Notes: a model not told the origin generated them from the letters alone. Counted from the stretch's first letter, positions 13,179 through 27,059 are shown. The stretch: 64,000 nt of DNA from Octopus sinensis (GCF_006345805.1 NC_043000.1:27900001-27964000); one strand, 5' to 3'. Program-made: numbers and translations.

Positions 13179-13506
13179 GTGAGGGCGCGTGGCTTAGTGG
13201 TTAGGGCATTCGGCTCATGATCGTAAGGTTGTGAGTTCGATTCCCGGCGACGCGTTGTGTCCTTGAGCAAGACACTTTATTTCACGTTGCTCCAGTCCAC
13301 TCAGCTGGCAAAAATGAGTTGTACTTGGATTTCAAAGGGTCAGCCTTTTCACTTTCTGTGTCACGCTGATTATCCCCGAGAACTACGTTAAGGGTACACG
13401 TGTCTGTGGAATGCTCAGCCATTTGTACGTTAATTTCACGAGCAAGCTGTTCCGTTGATCGTATCATCTGGGACCCTCGTCGTCGTAACCGGCGGAGTCT
13501 TTTTTT
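13179..13506 (+). mobile_element. SINE-B, near full length
   Basis: tRNA-like head GTGGCTTAGTGGTTAG...GAGTTCGATTCCC, central GTGTCCTTGAGCAAGACACTT, tail shared with 49155-49494. Confidence 0.85.
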
Positions 13507-15084
13507 ATACATATATATATATATAAAGCACGATTTATTCACGATAAGAGGCGTTCTCCTGTATTTTACATAGAAAAAAAAACAATATAGTTTCGCAAAC
13601 GATGCACCAGCTTCATTTATGTCAGAAGAAATTATATGAAATAATTCTTAATGCGAACAAAAATATCCTAATGCCTCTAAAGTATTAAGATCATGTAAAT
13701 TTGATTACTTTGTCTATTCAGTTAGATACATTTTTAGTTAATTTTAAAAAATTTTCTTTTAATTGAAACTCACTTTCAGTAGTTCATTAGCCCGGATTTT
13801 CTGTGGAAGAGAATTTCTTTATACAATTGTTGGAGCAATTTGACATTTATTGCTATTTGCTTTCATTCATTATGTTTAACGTTTTAGTCAATTTTTTATA
13901 ATCTCTTACATACATTCTGTTAAAATTCGAAAATCGCAGAGAATTCATTAATTGATCTTTAGTCCAACTCATCTCTTTTAGTAATTTTGTATTTCTTGTT
14001 ATAATTGCTGAATTGATCTCTACTGCGTTGCAGTGACAGTTTAATGATGTTAACAAATCAAATATTTATTTTCACTTTTTAAATGTTTTAAAATTTCATT
14101 TTATAATAATATTTTAATGAATTCATCATAGTGAAATATTTAATTGTATTCTAATTTCTGAGCTCAAATTTTTCTTGCTGAAATATCATAAAACAACAAT
14201 TTGTAGTCTGATTGCCAAATTTAAACTGATTTTTTTCCCTTCAAATCTTCCGTTTTGCTTAAGAAGTGACTAAATGTTGAAAACTGTTTTTTGCACAAAG
14301 ACTTTCATGAAAGCAATGTCCATAATAACAACTAGTTATTTGAAACGTTTCTCTACCCAGAACTGATTTTAACGCAGTCACTTAGAGGGAAAAAATCACT
14401 CAGTGATTAATTTATCACTAAATCAGGCTATTTTCTTATTTAAAAGTATCGTATACATTTTCTTCTGGTCAAAATGTTTCTGTTAATACAAGAGTGATTT
14501 TTTCTATTTTTTTGTCTTGGAATAAATATTAATAAACAAATAAACTTCATATAGAAATGAAAACTAAAGTTTCAATATATTTTTTCCTTTTCTGGCATCC
14601 CTTTGATCCTCTTCTAACTATTTTGTCGTGGCCATATAGTACCGCGTGTTCATTCCCATATACATATTTTCTTCTTAATGTTTTCTTTTCCCCAGACGTC
14701 TTTTGCAACATCTACTATAACTTGTTCGTTTCTTAATTATTGATTTGTCAAATATTGTATAGCAAATTGAAAGTTTCCCCTTTTCTCACTATCTATTGTT
14801 TTACCATTCCACGAATCTTACATGAAGTTTTACCTCTTCTCTTCCATAATTATTCCTCTTTGGTAATGAAGAAGATTTTGTTAACTCAAGTGGTGTTTCT
14901 GTCTAAGAAACATGATCGATTACAATGAAAAACATGAGAGGCTGACACAAACCACAGTCAAGAAAGTGACAATCGTGTTTGAATAAGTTCGTTCATCATG
15001 AGAAATTGAGCAAATCTAGTGCTTCAGAACACTCTCCCTTTCTCTGGGAGATAGTGAAAAGATACATACCTACATACATACATA

Positions 15085-15230
<146 letters not shown>

Positions 15231-16822
15231 CATATATATAACATCCCTTAAGCAAAGCCAGAAATCCAGGATCTGAGATTATCCAGTAATTTCTTGGCTG
15301 GTTTATTTTGTCTCTCTGTCTTCTCTTCTAGTGCTTATATGAACATTTAATGGCTTTAGAGTCAGGTTTTGACTGCTATTTTCAGCGTGGTGGTATCTCT
15401 CCGATACCCTAAATTATATATATATGTGTGTGTGTGTATGTGTGTATGTATGTATCTATATATTTACAAAATTATAATCATTATGGAAGCACAAATTCTT
15501 TAATTAATTATAACTGCTTTAGACACGAGGCCAGTTATTTTGGGGGTGGGGGTAAGGAGGTAGTCGATAAATACCAGAATAGTATCATTTTATATTAGCT
15601 ACTCCAGAGAGATGAAAGCCAATGTTGGTCACTGCAGGACTTTAACTCAAATCATAAATTTTAAATTATCAAGAGAAGTTTCAATTAACATATAAAATTT
15701 ATATCCATTTGTAGATTGCGTTATTTCGATACAAGCTACACATTTGGTGGGAGAGACTGGAGTAGTCAATTATATTCATCACCACACTCTTCGCCCAACT
15801 TGACTTTCCTCCGGCCACCGGTAGATTTTAAAAGGAGCGTAACCGAATACCGCAAGACATTCGGTTTATTTGGTGCCCTATGGAAATGATGCACCAAACT
15901 ACATAGAAAGTAAGCCGGATGAACGCATATTTCATATCTACCAGTTACGTGATATTAGTAAATATGTTGCTAATACCATATGTCCCGCATGGTTGTTATG
16001 CTTTCAGATGTTAATATGAAAATCTAAGAATAGTTGATTCACGTCTTTGTTTCGCCGTAGTCAAAGGACATTCTCGTAAATAATAACACCAGAGCTAAAG
16101 TCTACCTGCTTTTTGTGACGTCTATATACAGAAGGTTACTTATTCAGAAAATGCCAATTAGATAGTGAATAATAACTTAGGATATCACATGATTAAGTTT
16201 AATGCTAGAGTTATCTCTGTTCAAAATCTCATTCTTTGTTATAAGGGAAAATGCAATCACGCAATATATTTCTTATCCATCTAATAACATTTTATAATGA
16301 GGTTTGTTTTTATTTTTCTGTCATTTAGTTATTTCTATACCTGAAAATAAAATCTCCCTCTAGTCGTTAACCGACACTAAATCAAATATTTTTTTTAACG
16401 AAATCGGATTATATTTATTGCTTCGCTATTTGAATTCAAGACAATTTTCATTCAATAGCAGAAAATTTTATGGGTGGAATATGAAATGAGTTCCTTGAAC
16501 TGGATATATGGATCATGTTATATGGTACACAAACACGGTGGCTCCTAGTTGAATGTGACAGGTTGCGTTTGTGATATGCAAATGGAAAAGTAATATTTTC
16601 TCCGTAATATCTATAATTCTATCCGAATATGATACGTATTTAAATGAATGAAACATAGATATCAACAGCAAGTGGACATAATACTTTCTCTATTGGTTTC
16701 CTCTTGCTTTATGGTTTCAATTCTCCCCAGCTTTCCAATTCAGTGACAATTTTTAACAGTTCTTTAGTAGTGGTAATATGTAATATCATTAGGTATTTCT
16801 TTTCATTATTACGAATTAATTA

Positions 16823-17040
16823 AGGTGGTGACATTGCAGAAACGTTAGCACACCGGGCGAAATGCTTAGCATTATTTCGCCTGCCACTACGTTCTGAGTT
16901 CAAATATCGCCGTGGTCGAATTTGCCTTTCATCCTTTGGGGGTCAATAATTTAAGTACTAGTGAAACACTGGGATCGATGTTATCAACTAGTCCCCTCCC
17001 CACGAATTTGATGCCTTGTGGCTCCATTTGTAGGGATTAT
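16823..17040 (+). mobile_element. SINE-D, single unit
   Basis: GCAGAAACGTTAGCACACCGGGCGAAATGCTTAGC...CTGAGTTCAAAT...GCCTTTCATCCTTT. Confidence 0.85.
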
Positions 17041-17610
17041 TACGAATTACTTGAATCAATCATTCACCCACACTAGTACCATAACCGTGGATAGTTTTCG
17101 TAGAGCGCATTCCATTGCAAACATTTTATTAAATCATTGTTGCATTTCTTCTTTCTAGCTAACAGTGTTGGAGACATTAAAAAGTTAATAGGTGAAGCAC
17201 TTCCTACTCTAACTAACGGGAAGCAAAAACATATGCTAATATATCTAAAGTTGTACACCATTTCATTTTATCTTTAAAGGATTAAAAATGTCTTATCGGA
17301 TATAAGTGCTACTTTCTTTATATTTTGAATATTTAAGAACAAATTCTTTTCAATTAAATCAAAGGCTAGATGCAGTTAGGTAACTAATATTATATGAATA
17401 GAAATATGTTATATATGTCTGCGTGTGCGTGTGCGTGTGTTTGTTGGTGTATACGTGTGCAAGTATATAAGCATATATATATATGTGTGTGTGTGTGTAT
17501 ATATATGCATATATATATACATACATATATATACATATATATACATAGATAAATATATATACACACATATATATACATACATATTCATACATACATACAC
17601 ATATACATAT

Positions 17611-17668
<58 letters not shown>

Positions 17669-17852
17669 GTTTTGATTGGTTTGGAACTATATGACGTCAG
17701 TGAAAAGTGCAAGCTTAGCTGAGCTGATATAAATCCAGCAATCACAAAATTCACCAAAATTATGCGAGCAGACACCGACCAAAAATCATTACTGTTGCTC
17801 CCATTGGAACACAAGGTAAAATCTAAAATGAACTCCTCGCCTTTTCAAGAAC

Positions 17853-18086
17853 ATGAATTTTTTATATTTGACTCTATTGAATGTATGTCACAATTATGAA
17901 CTACTGCATCATACTCTTTAAACATATAGCATGGACTCTCTTTATTATATATGGATTTTTTATATTTGACTCTATTGAATATTATATATGAATTTTTTAT
18001 ATTTGACTGTATTGAATATATGTCACAATTATGAACTATTACATCATACTCTTTAAACATATAGCATGGACTCTCTTTATTATATA
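17853..18086. repeat. Tandem ~100 bp repeat x2 with partial unit between
   Basis: ATGAATTTTTTATATTTGACT...GCATGGACTCTCTTTATTATATAT repeated. Confidence 0.9.
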
Positions 18087-18236
18087 TAATTTTCTTTGAT
18101 AAGGTTCGTCATTTCAAGAACCGAAACATCTTAAATTTAAATTTAAATTTAAATTTGTCTAATATAGCAGCATTTTCAAACTTCATTTTTTACAAATATA
18201 TACCCACTCGTATACGAGCTAATCTTATTATAAATA

Positions 18237-18298
<62 letters not shown>

Positions 18299-18628
18299 CA
18301 AAAATATAGATTCAGATGAATTAGGTACCGACGTTGATGCACTAGAATTTAGTACGGTATTATCCATACAGTTTCAAAATACGGTGATTAAAATCAAAAT
18401 AAGCAACAAGGTACCCAGAGGTAATGCAGTGCAATCGTTTCAAGCGACTCCATTTAATTGAACAATGGAACCATTACATCAATTTAAATGCAGAGCAATC
18501 CTCAGCTGCATAAATACATGGAAAGTAAATTAAATTAAAACAGATGGATGCATTAGAATAATTTTACCAAAAACATCTAAGAAGGTAAGAAGATAGACAA
18601 AGAACATGTTCTCTTCACTTCAGCTTAT

Positions 18629-18675
<47 letters not shown>

Positions 18676-19529
18676 CACGGTTTGGTGCATCAAACTTCGT
18701 GTAATTTACGCAAAAATGAAACTAACACTGACAACTCGTTTTAATATATATATTTGCCAAGGTTACGTAAAAAATCTTGAAATACCAAAGACTAAATTTA
18801 TTCAATAAAATCGCATTTGGCTTCACCCACAGCCTCCATATGATTTCGGAAACTCCTGCAGCCCTTCTGGACAGTCTCTTTGTTTAAGTTGCTGAATACT
18901 GCCTTTATACTTGCTTTCAGTTCATCTTTGATATTACATGGAGTATTGTTTGGCTCTCGCTCGACTGCGCTCCACACATAGTAATCAAAGGGGTTGCAAT
19001 CTTGGGAGTTAGGTGAGCAGATATTAGGGATGATGTTGTCACGGAAATTGTCTGACAGCCATGACTGTGTTCTTTTGCTTGTGTGGCATCGTGCAGAGCC
19101 CGGTTGCTAGATATAGGATCTTCCAGCTGCAAACATCGTGACCCAGGGCAGCACGACCTTCCCCAGGCACTTGATGTAGGCCTCAGTGTTGAGTCTGAGG
19201 CTGTATGGGAAGATGAATGGAGGCCAAACGTCGTCATCACTAATGATCACTCCAAGCACAATGATGTTGATTGGATGTTTGATTTTTATCAGCCTCGGTA
19301 CATACACTGTCCTCAGTTTCACACCCAAACACTATGAAATGTTTGCATTGGAGCTTCCGGCGTGAATGCATTATAGTATGTCGTATCCAAATTTCTGGCA
19401 GCGTGAATTGCATCATGGTCCTGCCTTTGTCATATACGGTGCCCAACTGACCCTACTGTACAATCAAAAACAAACAATGCGCCTGCCCGAAATTATAAAT
19501 ATATAATTTTTGACAATGTACCCATCAAA

Positions 19530-19534
<5 letters not shown>
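18676..19534 (-). mobile_element. Tc1/mariner maT (DD37D) transposon, internally deleted
   Basis: Degenerate TIRs flanked by TA; minus strand MMQFTLPEIW..LRTVY fused to KHPINIIVLGV..PPFIFP..LPW..CHTSKRTQSWLSDNF..PNSQDCNPFDYYVW; spacing fits D37D. Confidence 0.88.
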
Positions 19535-19623
<89 letters not shown>

Positions 19624-19640
19624 ATTATATATATATATAC

Positions 19641-20467
19641 CTTATTCGGTTCTGATTGTGTCTTGTGACACTGGAGGAGACAGTAAGATCATACTACCTT
19701 CTAACATTGAAAGCGTCCTTGACAGCTTGTTCCATTGTTAATCCTTTGGTTTTAAGATCCTTTCTTATTGTTTTCGCCACGTTTCCTTTGGTCTGCCACG
19801 TCTTCTTTTACCTTGTGGAACCCATTGCAAAGCGATCCTGACAATTGAATTCGGTTTATATCGACAAACTCGACCCAGCCATTTCCATCTCCTTGCTTCA
19901 ATAGTTTCTCTTATGGGCTTCACGTTAGTCTTGGTGTGTAGTTCGCGATTCGAGATCCTGTTCGGCCAGTAGACCTTCAAAATTTTACCGAAACATTTAT
20001 TTTGAAACATCACCAATTTCTTTTCAGTCCTTTTGTTTGTTTTTCAGACATTCGGATCCATAGAGAAGGATGCTAAATATGTTGCTTTTTCCAAAATCGT
20101 ATTTCCGTGTTCTTCCCGAATATTGATGATTTCCATTATAACTTTAAGATACCGAATAACTGGTTGGCTTTGCTGATTCTTGTAATTATTTCCTGAATGC
20201 AGTCTCCATCCATTGCTATTTTGGTGCCTAGATAGTTAAATTCATTAACATCCGCGACTGATTTGTCGTTCAAATTCAGATAGTCAGCATCTGTTATATT
20301 TTTACAAAGAGTGTACGTTTTCTTCTCGTTGGTTTTCAGAACTATGGTGTTGGTTATTTGACTAAGTCTTTCAGATTTGTCTAGTGAAACTTGAGGCCTG
20401 TATGAGAACAAAATAGCTCGTCTGAATATCCTAAATCTTCTAGTTGAGTTCTGTTCCATTCTATACC
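19641..20467 (-). mobile_element. RTE-clade LINE, 3' part of ORF (RT domains 5-7 and C-terminus)
   Basis: GIEWNRTQLEDLGYSD; VNEFNYLG; RRWKWLG..IALQWVPQGKRRRGRPKETWR. Confidence 0.9.
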
Positions 20468-20700
20468 TCGTTTATATTCAAGAGCAAGTTGGATTCAGGA
20501 AAGGAAAATCATGTATCGACAATATTTCTCTAATTCGCCAAATACTCGAAAAATCCCATGAATGGAACCCATCTTTGTGCATACTGTTTGTTGACTTTGA
20601 AAAAGTTTTCGAAAGCCTTCACCGGAATACACTTTGGAAAAGTCTGCAAAAAAGAAGTGCTCAAATGTCATTGAGACAGAGATAAAAGAAACAATAATCA
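20468..20700 (+). mobile_element. Inverted upstream segment of same RTE LINE (RT domains 2-3)
   Basis: EQVGFRKGKSCIDNISLIRQILEKSHEWNP..LFVDFEKVFESLHRNTLWK on opposite strand. Confidence 0.85.
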
Positions 20701-21142
20701 TAGAACAAACATGAAATTCGAGTCAACGACTTTATATATAGCACCATACCCACAAACGTTTGACTTGATGTTTGATTTGATTTTGTGGATCTCCTTTTGC
20801 TCCTGGACTCTAACCTACCATGGTTTTATAGATTGGATTTTTTGGACGTACTCTTTTCTATGAGAGCAGAAAAAAAGTTTTTTAGTCGATTGATGTTTTT
20901 TATTTTCTTTTAGTTTATTTAGATTTTTTGTAGCATGACACGCTTTAGAATATTTAGTCGATTTTATTTACCTTTTTTATAAGCCGTACTGTATATTTCT
21001 ATTTTTACCTTGTGTTTTTTGTATATGTATATTTTTATGTTGAAGAGCCATGTTATATTTATATATGATCAAATGTTTTTTAGGTATTTGAGGTATGGTC
21101 CTATATATAAAGCCGTTGACTCGAATTTAATGTTTGTTCTAT
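20701..21142. mobile_element. Inverted-repeat element (MITE/foldback-like)
   Basis: ~60 bp IRs: TAGAACAAACATGAAATTCGAGTCAACGACTTTATATATAG / CTATATATAAAGCCGTTGACTCGAATTTAATGTTTGTTCTA. Confidence 0.65.
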
Positions 21143-21153
21143 GCTCAATATAT

Positions 21154-21232
<79 letters not shown>

Positions 21233-21269
21233 ATATATATGTAATATATATATATATATATATATATAT

Positions 21270-21641
21270 AGGCGCAGGAGTGGCTGTGTGGTAAGTAGCT
21301 TGCTAACCAACCACATGGTTCCGGGTTCAGTCCCAGTATCTTCTGCTATAGCCCCGGGCCGACCAAATCCTTGTGAGTGGATTTGGTAGACGGAAACTGA
21401 AAGAAGCCTATCGTATATATGTATATATATATATCTATGTATGTGTGTGTGTTTGTGTGTTTGTGATTTCCCCCTAGCATTGCTTGACAACCGATGCTGG
21501 TGTGTTTATGGCCCTGTCACTTAGCGGTTCGGCAAAAGAGCCCGATAGAATAAGTACTGGCCTTACAAAGAATAAGTCCCGGGGTCGATTTGCTCGACTA
21601 AAGGCAGTGCTTTTTACTGAAACAAGTAAAAGAGTAAAAGA

Positions 21642-21642
<1 letters not shown>
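21270..21642 (+). mobile_element. SINE-A with small deletions
   Basis: Head AGGCGCAGGAGTGGCTGTGTGG, tail GAAACAAGTAAAAGAGTAAAAGAG. Confidence 0.9.
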
Positions 21643-21724
<82 letters not shown>

Positions 21725-21753
21725 CGCACGCACACATATTCTATATTCTTCTA

Positions 21754-22265
21754 TTCGTTCACTGGGTTTCTGCGAGAGACAGGGGCCATGCTGAAGTACC
21801 GCATTTCAGTCGTTTTCGGTCTCCTTTCGATACTGTTTTGGCTGAAGAAGCAAGCTGCACGACCCAGCACCTCTTTGTGCCTCCTGCTATGACGTCGGGA
21901 TTTCATATAGAAATTTGCTCAGGTGCGTTTTGAAGATTTCTACATTTACACCTTTCCGATCTCGTAGGCTCTTTGACAGAATGTTAAGCAGTTGTTGTCC
22001 CATGAAACCGCCAAGTTCGGTGGTTGGTATTACTTTTAATTCCAAAGTTGGGGGCTAGACCTTCCACGATATCACTGCATACTTTTCTCACCTTCTCTCC
22101 AGAGAGTACAGCTTCGTTTCTTGTAGCCTCTACTATTAGCTCATGTATTTCACCGAGTCAATATTCTTTGTGTAGTGGCGCAGGATTGCCTCAAGTTCTG
22201 CCACCAATTTCCTGCTCTGTCACGACCACGGTTGGGATCAGTAATTCAGACGACCCAGGTCAATT
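21754..22265 (-). mobile_element. CR1/L2-group LINE 3' fragment
   Basis: LYSLERR*EKY..VEGLAPNFGI..QLLNILSKSLRD..FKTHLSKFL, then 3' UTR. Confidence 0.75.
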
Positions 22266-22624
22266 GTGTGTGTATATATGTGGCAATGTGTATGTGTATG
22301 TTAGGATTAGTGCGTGTGCTAAACAATACATACACATATAGATAGTAGCTAAACAATAAATTTTTGCGTTGCCTACGACAGGGTGTTTAAATTCGATTTT
22401 TTAGATATCAAACAACGACATCTATCAATTCCATATATTAAAGTGCGACGGAGCCTTGTATGTTAGATTAATTTTATTTTACCAACGGGACATAGGATCT
22501 GAGAATTACCATACTGTTCCATTAATCGATAAATAGAAGTGGTGGCGGCGGTTGGAACGATATACGTGCATGAGTAATCCTATGTTTAAAGTATATGCAG
22601 GATGTGTGTGTGTGTGTCTATATA

Positions 22625-22668
<44 letters not shown>

Positions 22669-22671
<3 letters not shown>

Positions 22672-22760
22672 TTTATTTGTTTCAATCATCTGACTGCGGC
22701 CATGCTGGAGTACCGCAAGACTTACTCTTTGTAAACACAGACACACACGCACACACGGAT
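22669..22760 (-). mobile_element. SINE-A fragment
   Basis: TGTTTCAATCATCTGACTGCGGCCATGCTGGAG. Confidence 0.75.
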
Positions 22761-22912
22761 ATATATTTATATATATATACTGCCACACCCATACTTGCTC
22801 TTCAGTAAATTAATAAACTTGTACGAAAGTAAAAGCGTCTATACACATATAATATGCGTGTGGAACTTTGTGCATCTGTATGTGCGTGTGTGCATATGTG
22901 AATATGTGAGTT

Positions 22913-22956
<44 letters not shown>

Positions 22957-22978
22957 TGTATGTATGTATATATGTATG

Positions 22979-23017
<39 letters not shown>

Positions 23018-23680
23018 ACAAACACAATTATACTTAGTGATTTTTGATTCCTACTTGCATAAGCTCCATACGCAAATATAAATAAGATATTTACTTGTGG
23101 CTGTTCTAATATCATAACATAATGATATCAATTATCCAAATCTTCACACTCATAGAAAGAGAAGCAACACTAAATAACGAAGCCAAATCTAACAGGAAGT
23201 GTTATGGAGGAAAAATTGGTTATAAACTCCTGCTGACAGCAAGAGAATATGATTGATGATTGAAGAGAATATGAGTCAGGATCTGGCTAGTAAAGTTATG
23301 AGGGGTACAGACTTGTTAGATTGATATGAACATTTCTTATATTGTGTATGATGACAGAACTACTCCAATAAGCTTGTGTTGCATTCAATCAGTAATGACA
23401 CGTAATAAATTAGTGCAAACAATAGTTAGATGCTAGTTGTCTACAATCAATTTCAGAAACGGAAATAACAAGCAAATAATAATGCGTTTATTCCAGATGT
23501 TGTAGGATTGGATATGTCCACTAATGTATTATTGATAAACCTAGCAAAACCATTTGAATCCTTGAATATGCGCAGATATGTCAAAAGAAAAGAAAGTCAT
23601 AGAGCTTTCAAAAATTTTGCATGACCTTGGCCATTATTATTAGATTATGCAGAATACATGCAGGTTTGTATGTGGTTGTA

Positions 23681-23739
<59 letters not shown>

Positions 23740-23767
23740 GTCTGTGTATGTGTGTGTATAATTATAA

Positions 23768-23819
<52 letters not shown>

Positions 23820-24099
23820 AGATAAAATATTTTGTATTGCCTTTTGAAATGTGTGTATGTATTAAATTCAATTTTGTATTACATCCAATTTTGATTTTAA
23901 CATATTTTCTCCATTTTCATACTTGGTTATGCTATCTTTATGCCTATAACGATCTTTTTCAATATATACATACATACATATATATATATATGTTGAAAAA
24001 TGTGTGAAATCCTTGTTACAGTTAGTTATACTTGAAAAAAGGAAAAGAATAACTTCACTGGTAGTTCAATTCATTTTAATTTTTTTATAATATAAATAT

Positions 24100-24312
24100 T
24101 ATTCGGAAAGAATTGGATGAGTCTAACGGTGATTACGAAGGTAAGGCAGCTTGGAAAACTCACTCAGATTATTCTGATAAGAAAATAACGCCTGAATCTG
24201 TTGCTGAGATCCAGGAGGGATTCACAACAATCAATCAGGTCCATCACCATGACTTGGAAGTGTCTGAATTTCTTATCAAGCAGGTAGTACATGAAGACTT
24301 TCGGTATTCCTT
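24100..24312 (+). pseudogene. maT-type transposase N-terminal fragment
   Basis: [46 protein letters not shown]; resembles helix-turn-helix region of the same family as 18676-19534 (recognised from memory). Confidence 0.7.
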
Positions 24313-24377
24313 CACTCTCACTATATGTATGTGTGTGTGTCTTAGACTTAATATTCATGTATGTGAGAATGTATGTA

Positions 24378-24452
<75 letters not shown>

Positions 24453-24519
24453 ATATATATATATATGTATATATGTATACGTATATATATGTATATATAT
24501 ATATATATATATGTATACA

Positions 24520-24777
24520 CTTTTACTCTTTTTTTACTCTTTTACTTGTTTCAATCATTTGACTGCGGCCATGCTGGAACACCGCCTTTTAATCGACCAA
24601 ATCCACCCCAGGACATATTCTTTGTAAGCCTGGTACTTATTCTATCTCTTTTGCCGAACCGCTAAGTTACAGGGACATAAACACAACAGCATCGGTTGTC
24701 AAGCGATGTTGGGGGACAAACACGGACACGCAAACATATCCACACACATACATATACATACACACACACACATATAT

Positions 24778-24820
<43 letters not shown>

Positions 24821-24981
24821 GACGGGCCTCTTTCAGTTTCAGTCTACCAAACCCACTCACAAGGCTTTGGTCCGCCCGAGGCTATAGTAAAAGACACATG
24901 CCCAAGGTGCCACGCCGTGGGATTGAACCCAGAACCATGTGGTTCGTAAGCAAGCTACTTACCACACAGCCACTCCCACGC
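24520..24981 (-). mobile_element. SINE-A
   Basis: Full head and tail motifs. Confidence 0.9.
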
Positions 24982-25324
24982 TGTGTGTGTGTGTATTTCC
25001 TTTCTCTGATTTCAACTTTTTTCCAATCAGAAAGTTTGTAACGAAAATAAGAGAAAATACTTCATTGCGATTCGAGTAACACGTATCACAAATACGCCAT
25101 GTTGATTTTTTGGAAAACATTCTTCCATAGTTTTTACTGCCCTCCTGAGAGTTCGGTTTCAGTAAATGTTCCCTTTCTCTATTTTTGAGGAAATTTTCAC
25201 ACCTGCAGGCCAATTGACATTCAGGGTTGAACATGATTTTCCTTTTCTCGCCCAAGCAATCATATCATACCTTTTATGTTTGTACTTCATAAAACCTGTC
25301 TTAATGGGAATCATCCACTAATGT

Positions 25325-25937
25325 TCTTTTCTACTCTAGGCACAAGGCCCGAAATTTTGGGGGAGGGGGCAATCGATTAGATCGACCTCTGTACACAACT
25401 GCTACTTTATCTATCGACCCCGAAAGGATGAAAAGGCAAAGTCGACCTCGGCGGAATTTGAACTCAGCGCATGAAAACAGACGAAATACCGCTAAGCATT
25501 TCGTCCGTCGTGCTAACGTTTCTAATTTGTTTATTGCCCACAAGGGGCTAAACATAGAGGGGACAAGCAGGGACGGACAAAGGATTAATCGATTATATCG
25601 ACCCCAGTGCTTAACTGATACTTAATTTATCAACCTCGAAAGGATGAAAGGCAAAGTCGACCTCGGCGGAATTTGAGCTCAGTACATAACGGCAGAGGAA
25701 ATACCTATTTCTTTACTACCCACAAGGGGCTAAACACAGAGAGGACAAACATGAACAGACAAACGGATTAAGTCGATTATATCGACCACAGTGCATAATT
25801 GGTATTTATTTAATCGACCCCGGAAGGATGAAAGGCAAAGTCAACCTCGGCGGAATTTGAACTCAGAACGTAACGGCAGACGAAATACTGTTCAGCATTT
25901 CGCCCGGCGTGCTAGCTGTTCTGCCAGCCCGCCGCCT
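25325..25937 (-). mobile_element. SINE-D with three internal ~185 bp units
   Basis: GGATGAAAGGCAAAGTCGACCTCGGCGGAATTTGA repeated three times. Confidence 0.9.
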
Positions 25938-26303
25938 TACTAGCAGTTCTCCCAGCTCGCCACCTGATCGTCCACTAATATTAATTCTACTGAAATATAA
26001 GTATACAATGCTAAGGGGCATAGTCTATGTTTAACCCGGAGTAATATTGCTAACAAATGGCATTGTATGCTCTTTTAGGAAGAGCATCATGCCACAAAGA
26101 GACGTAGGCCCTTGATGGCATTTTTGATTAACTGCGGATTACACTCATATCTATTACTGTTTAATTGTTTAACTTGTCGTTTGCTTTAGTGGCTATTTCT
26201 TAGATCTTGAGTCGCAGAAGCAGAGACAACGTAATGTAACCTGATACAACGGCCAAAGATCAAACACACGATTAATTTCCTGTTTATGTTATTGTCCTTC
26301 CTC

Positions 26304-26430
26304 AAGGCAGCGAGCTGAAAGAACTGACAGCACGCCGGGCGAAAAGCTCAGCGGCGTTTCGTTGATTTTACATTCGGAGTTCAAATTCCACCGAGGTCGA
26401 CTTTGCCTTTCATTTTTCGGGATAGATAAA
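26304..26430 (+). mobile_element. SINE-D head fragment
   Basis: GGCAGCGAGCTG...GAGTTCAAATTCCACCGAGGTCGAC. Confidence 0.8.
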
Positions 26431-27059
26431 ATATGATGAAATTAATAGCTGTTAAGTATGGCTAGTCTTCTTCTTAAAATGTATCTAATTCAGAAAATAA
26501 TGGAAAAAAGGGGTATGCTTCCCCTTATCTAAGCTCTGATTTTATTGCTGGTTGTAAAACTATCTTTTTAAATGCGTTGTTACGTTCTTGCGAAACGTGT
26601 GCAAGTCACAAATGAAGATCAAACTTCTCATACGCTCTTTAGCATTAGAGTTTAATTATATTATTAAACTTAAGACACTTAACTACAACAAATATTCGTT
26701 AGGAAAATATTATGAAAATTATTTACATTAGTTTCTTATTTACGAGAAACAATTTACAGAACGACGGAACAAAAACTGTTTTTTTTTTCTTTGTGTTTTA
26801 CATTTAAAATTGAGAATTATAGTCTCTTAATGGTGAGATCAACGTATCCACAAATTTATTTACATTCTATCCTGTGTGTGTGTGTGAGAGAGAGAGAGAT
26901 AGAGAGTGTGTGTGTGTGTAGGCTTGTATGAATGTATGTCTATAATTGAGTGTCAGTAAACCATCTGTTAAAAAGGTGGCTTTCTTATGCGTCATAATTG
27001 GAATCATTAAAATGCCACCATCATTATCTTCTTTTGAACAATCTGCTTTTATAAACACT

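Noticed and set aside
13179-13250. tRNA genes at SINE heads (also 49155 and SINE-A/D heads)
   Set aside because: A/B-box motifs are present but no complete cloverleaf; they continue into repeat bodies
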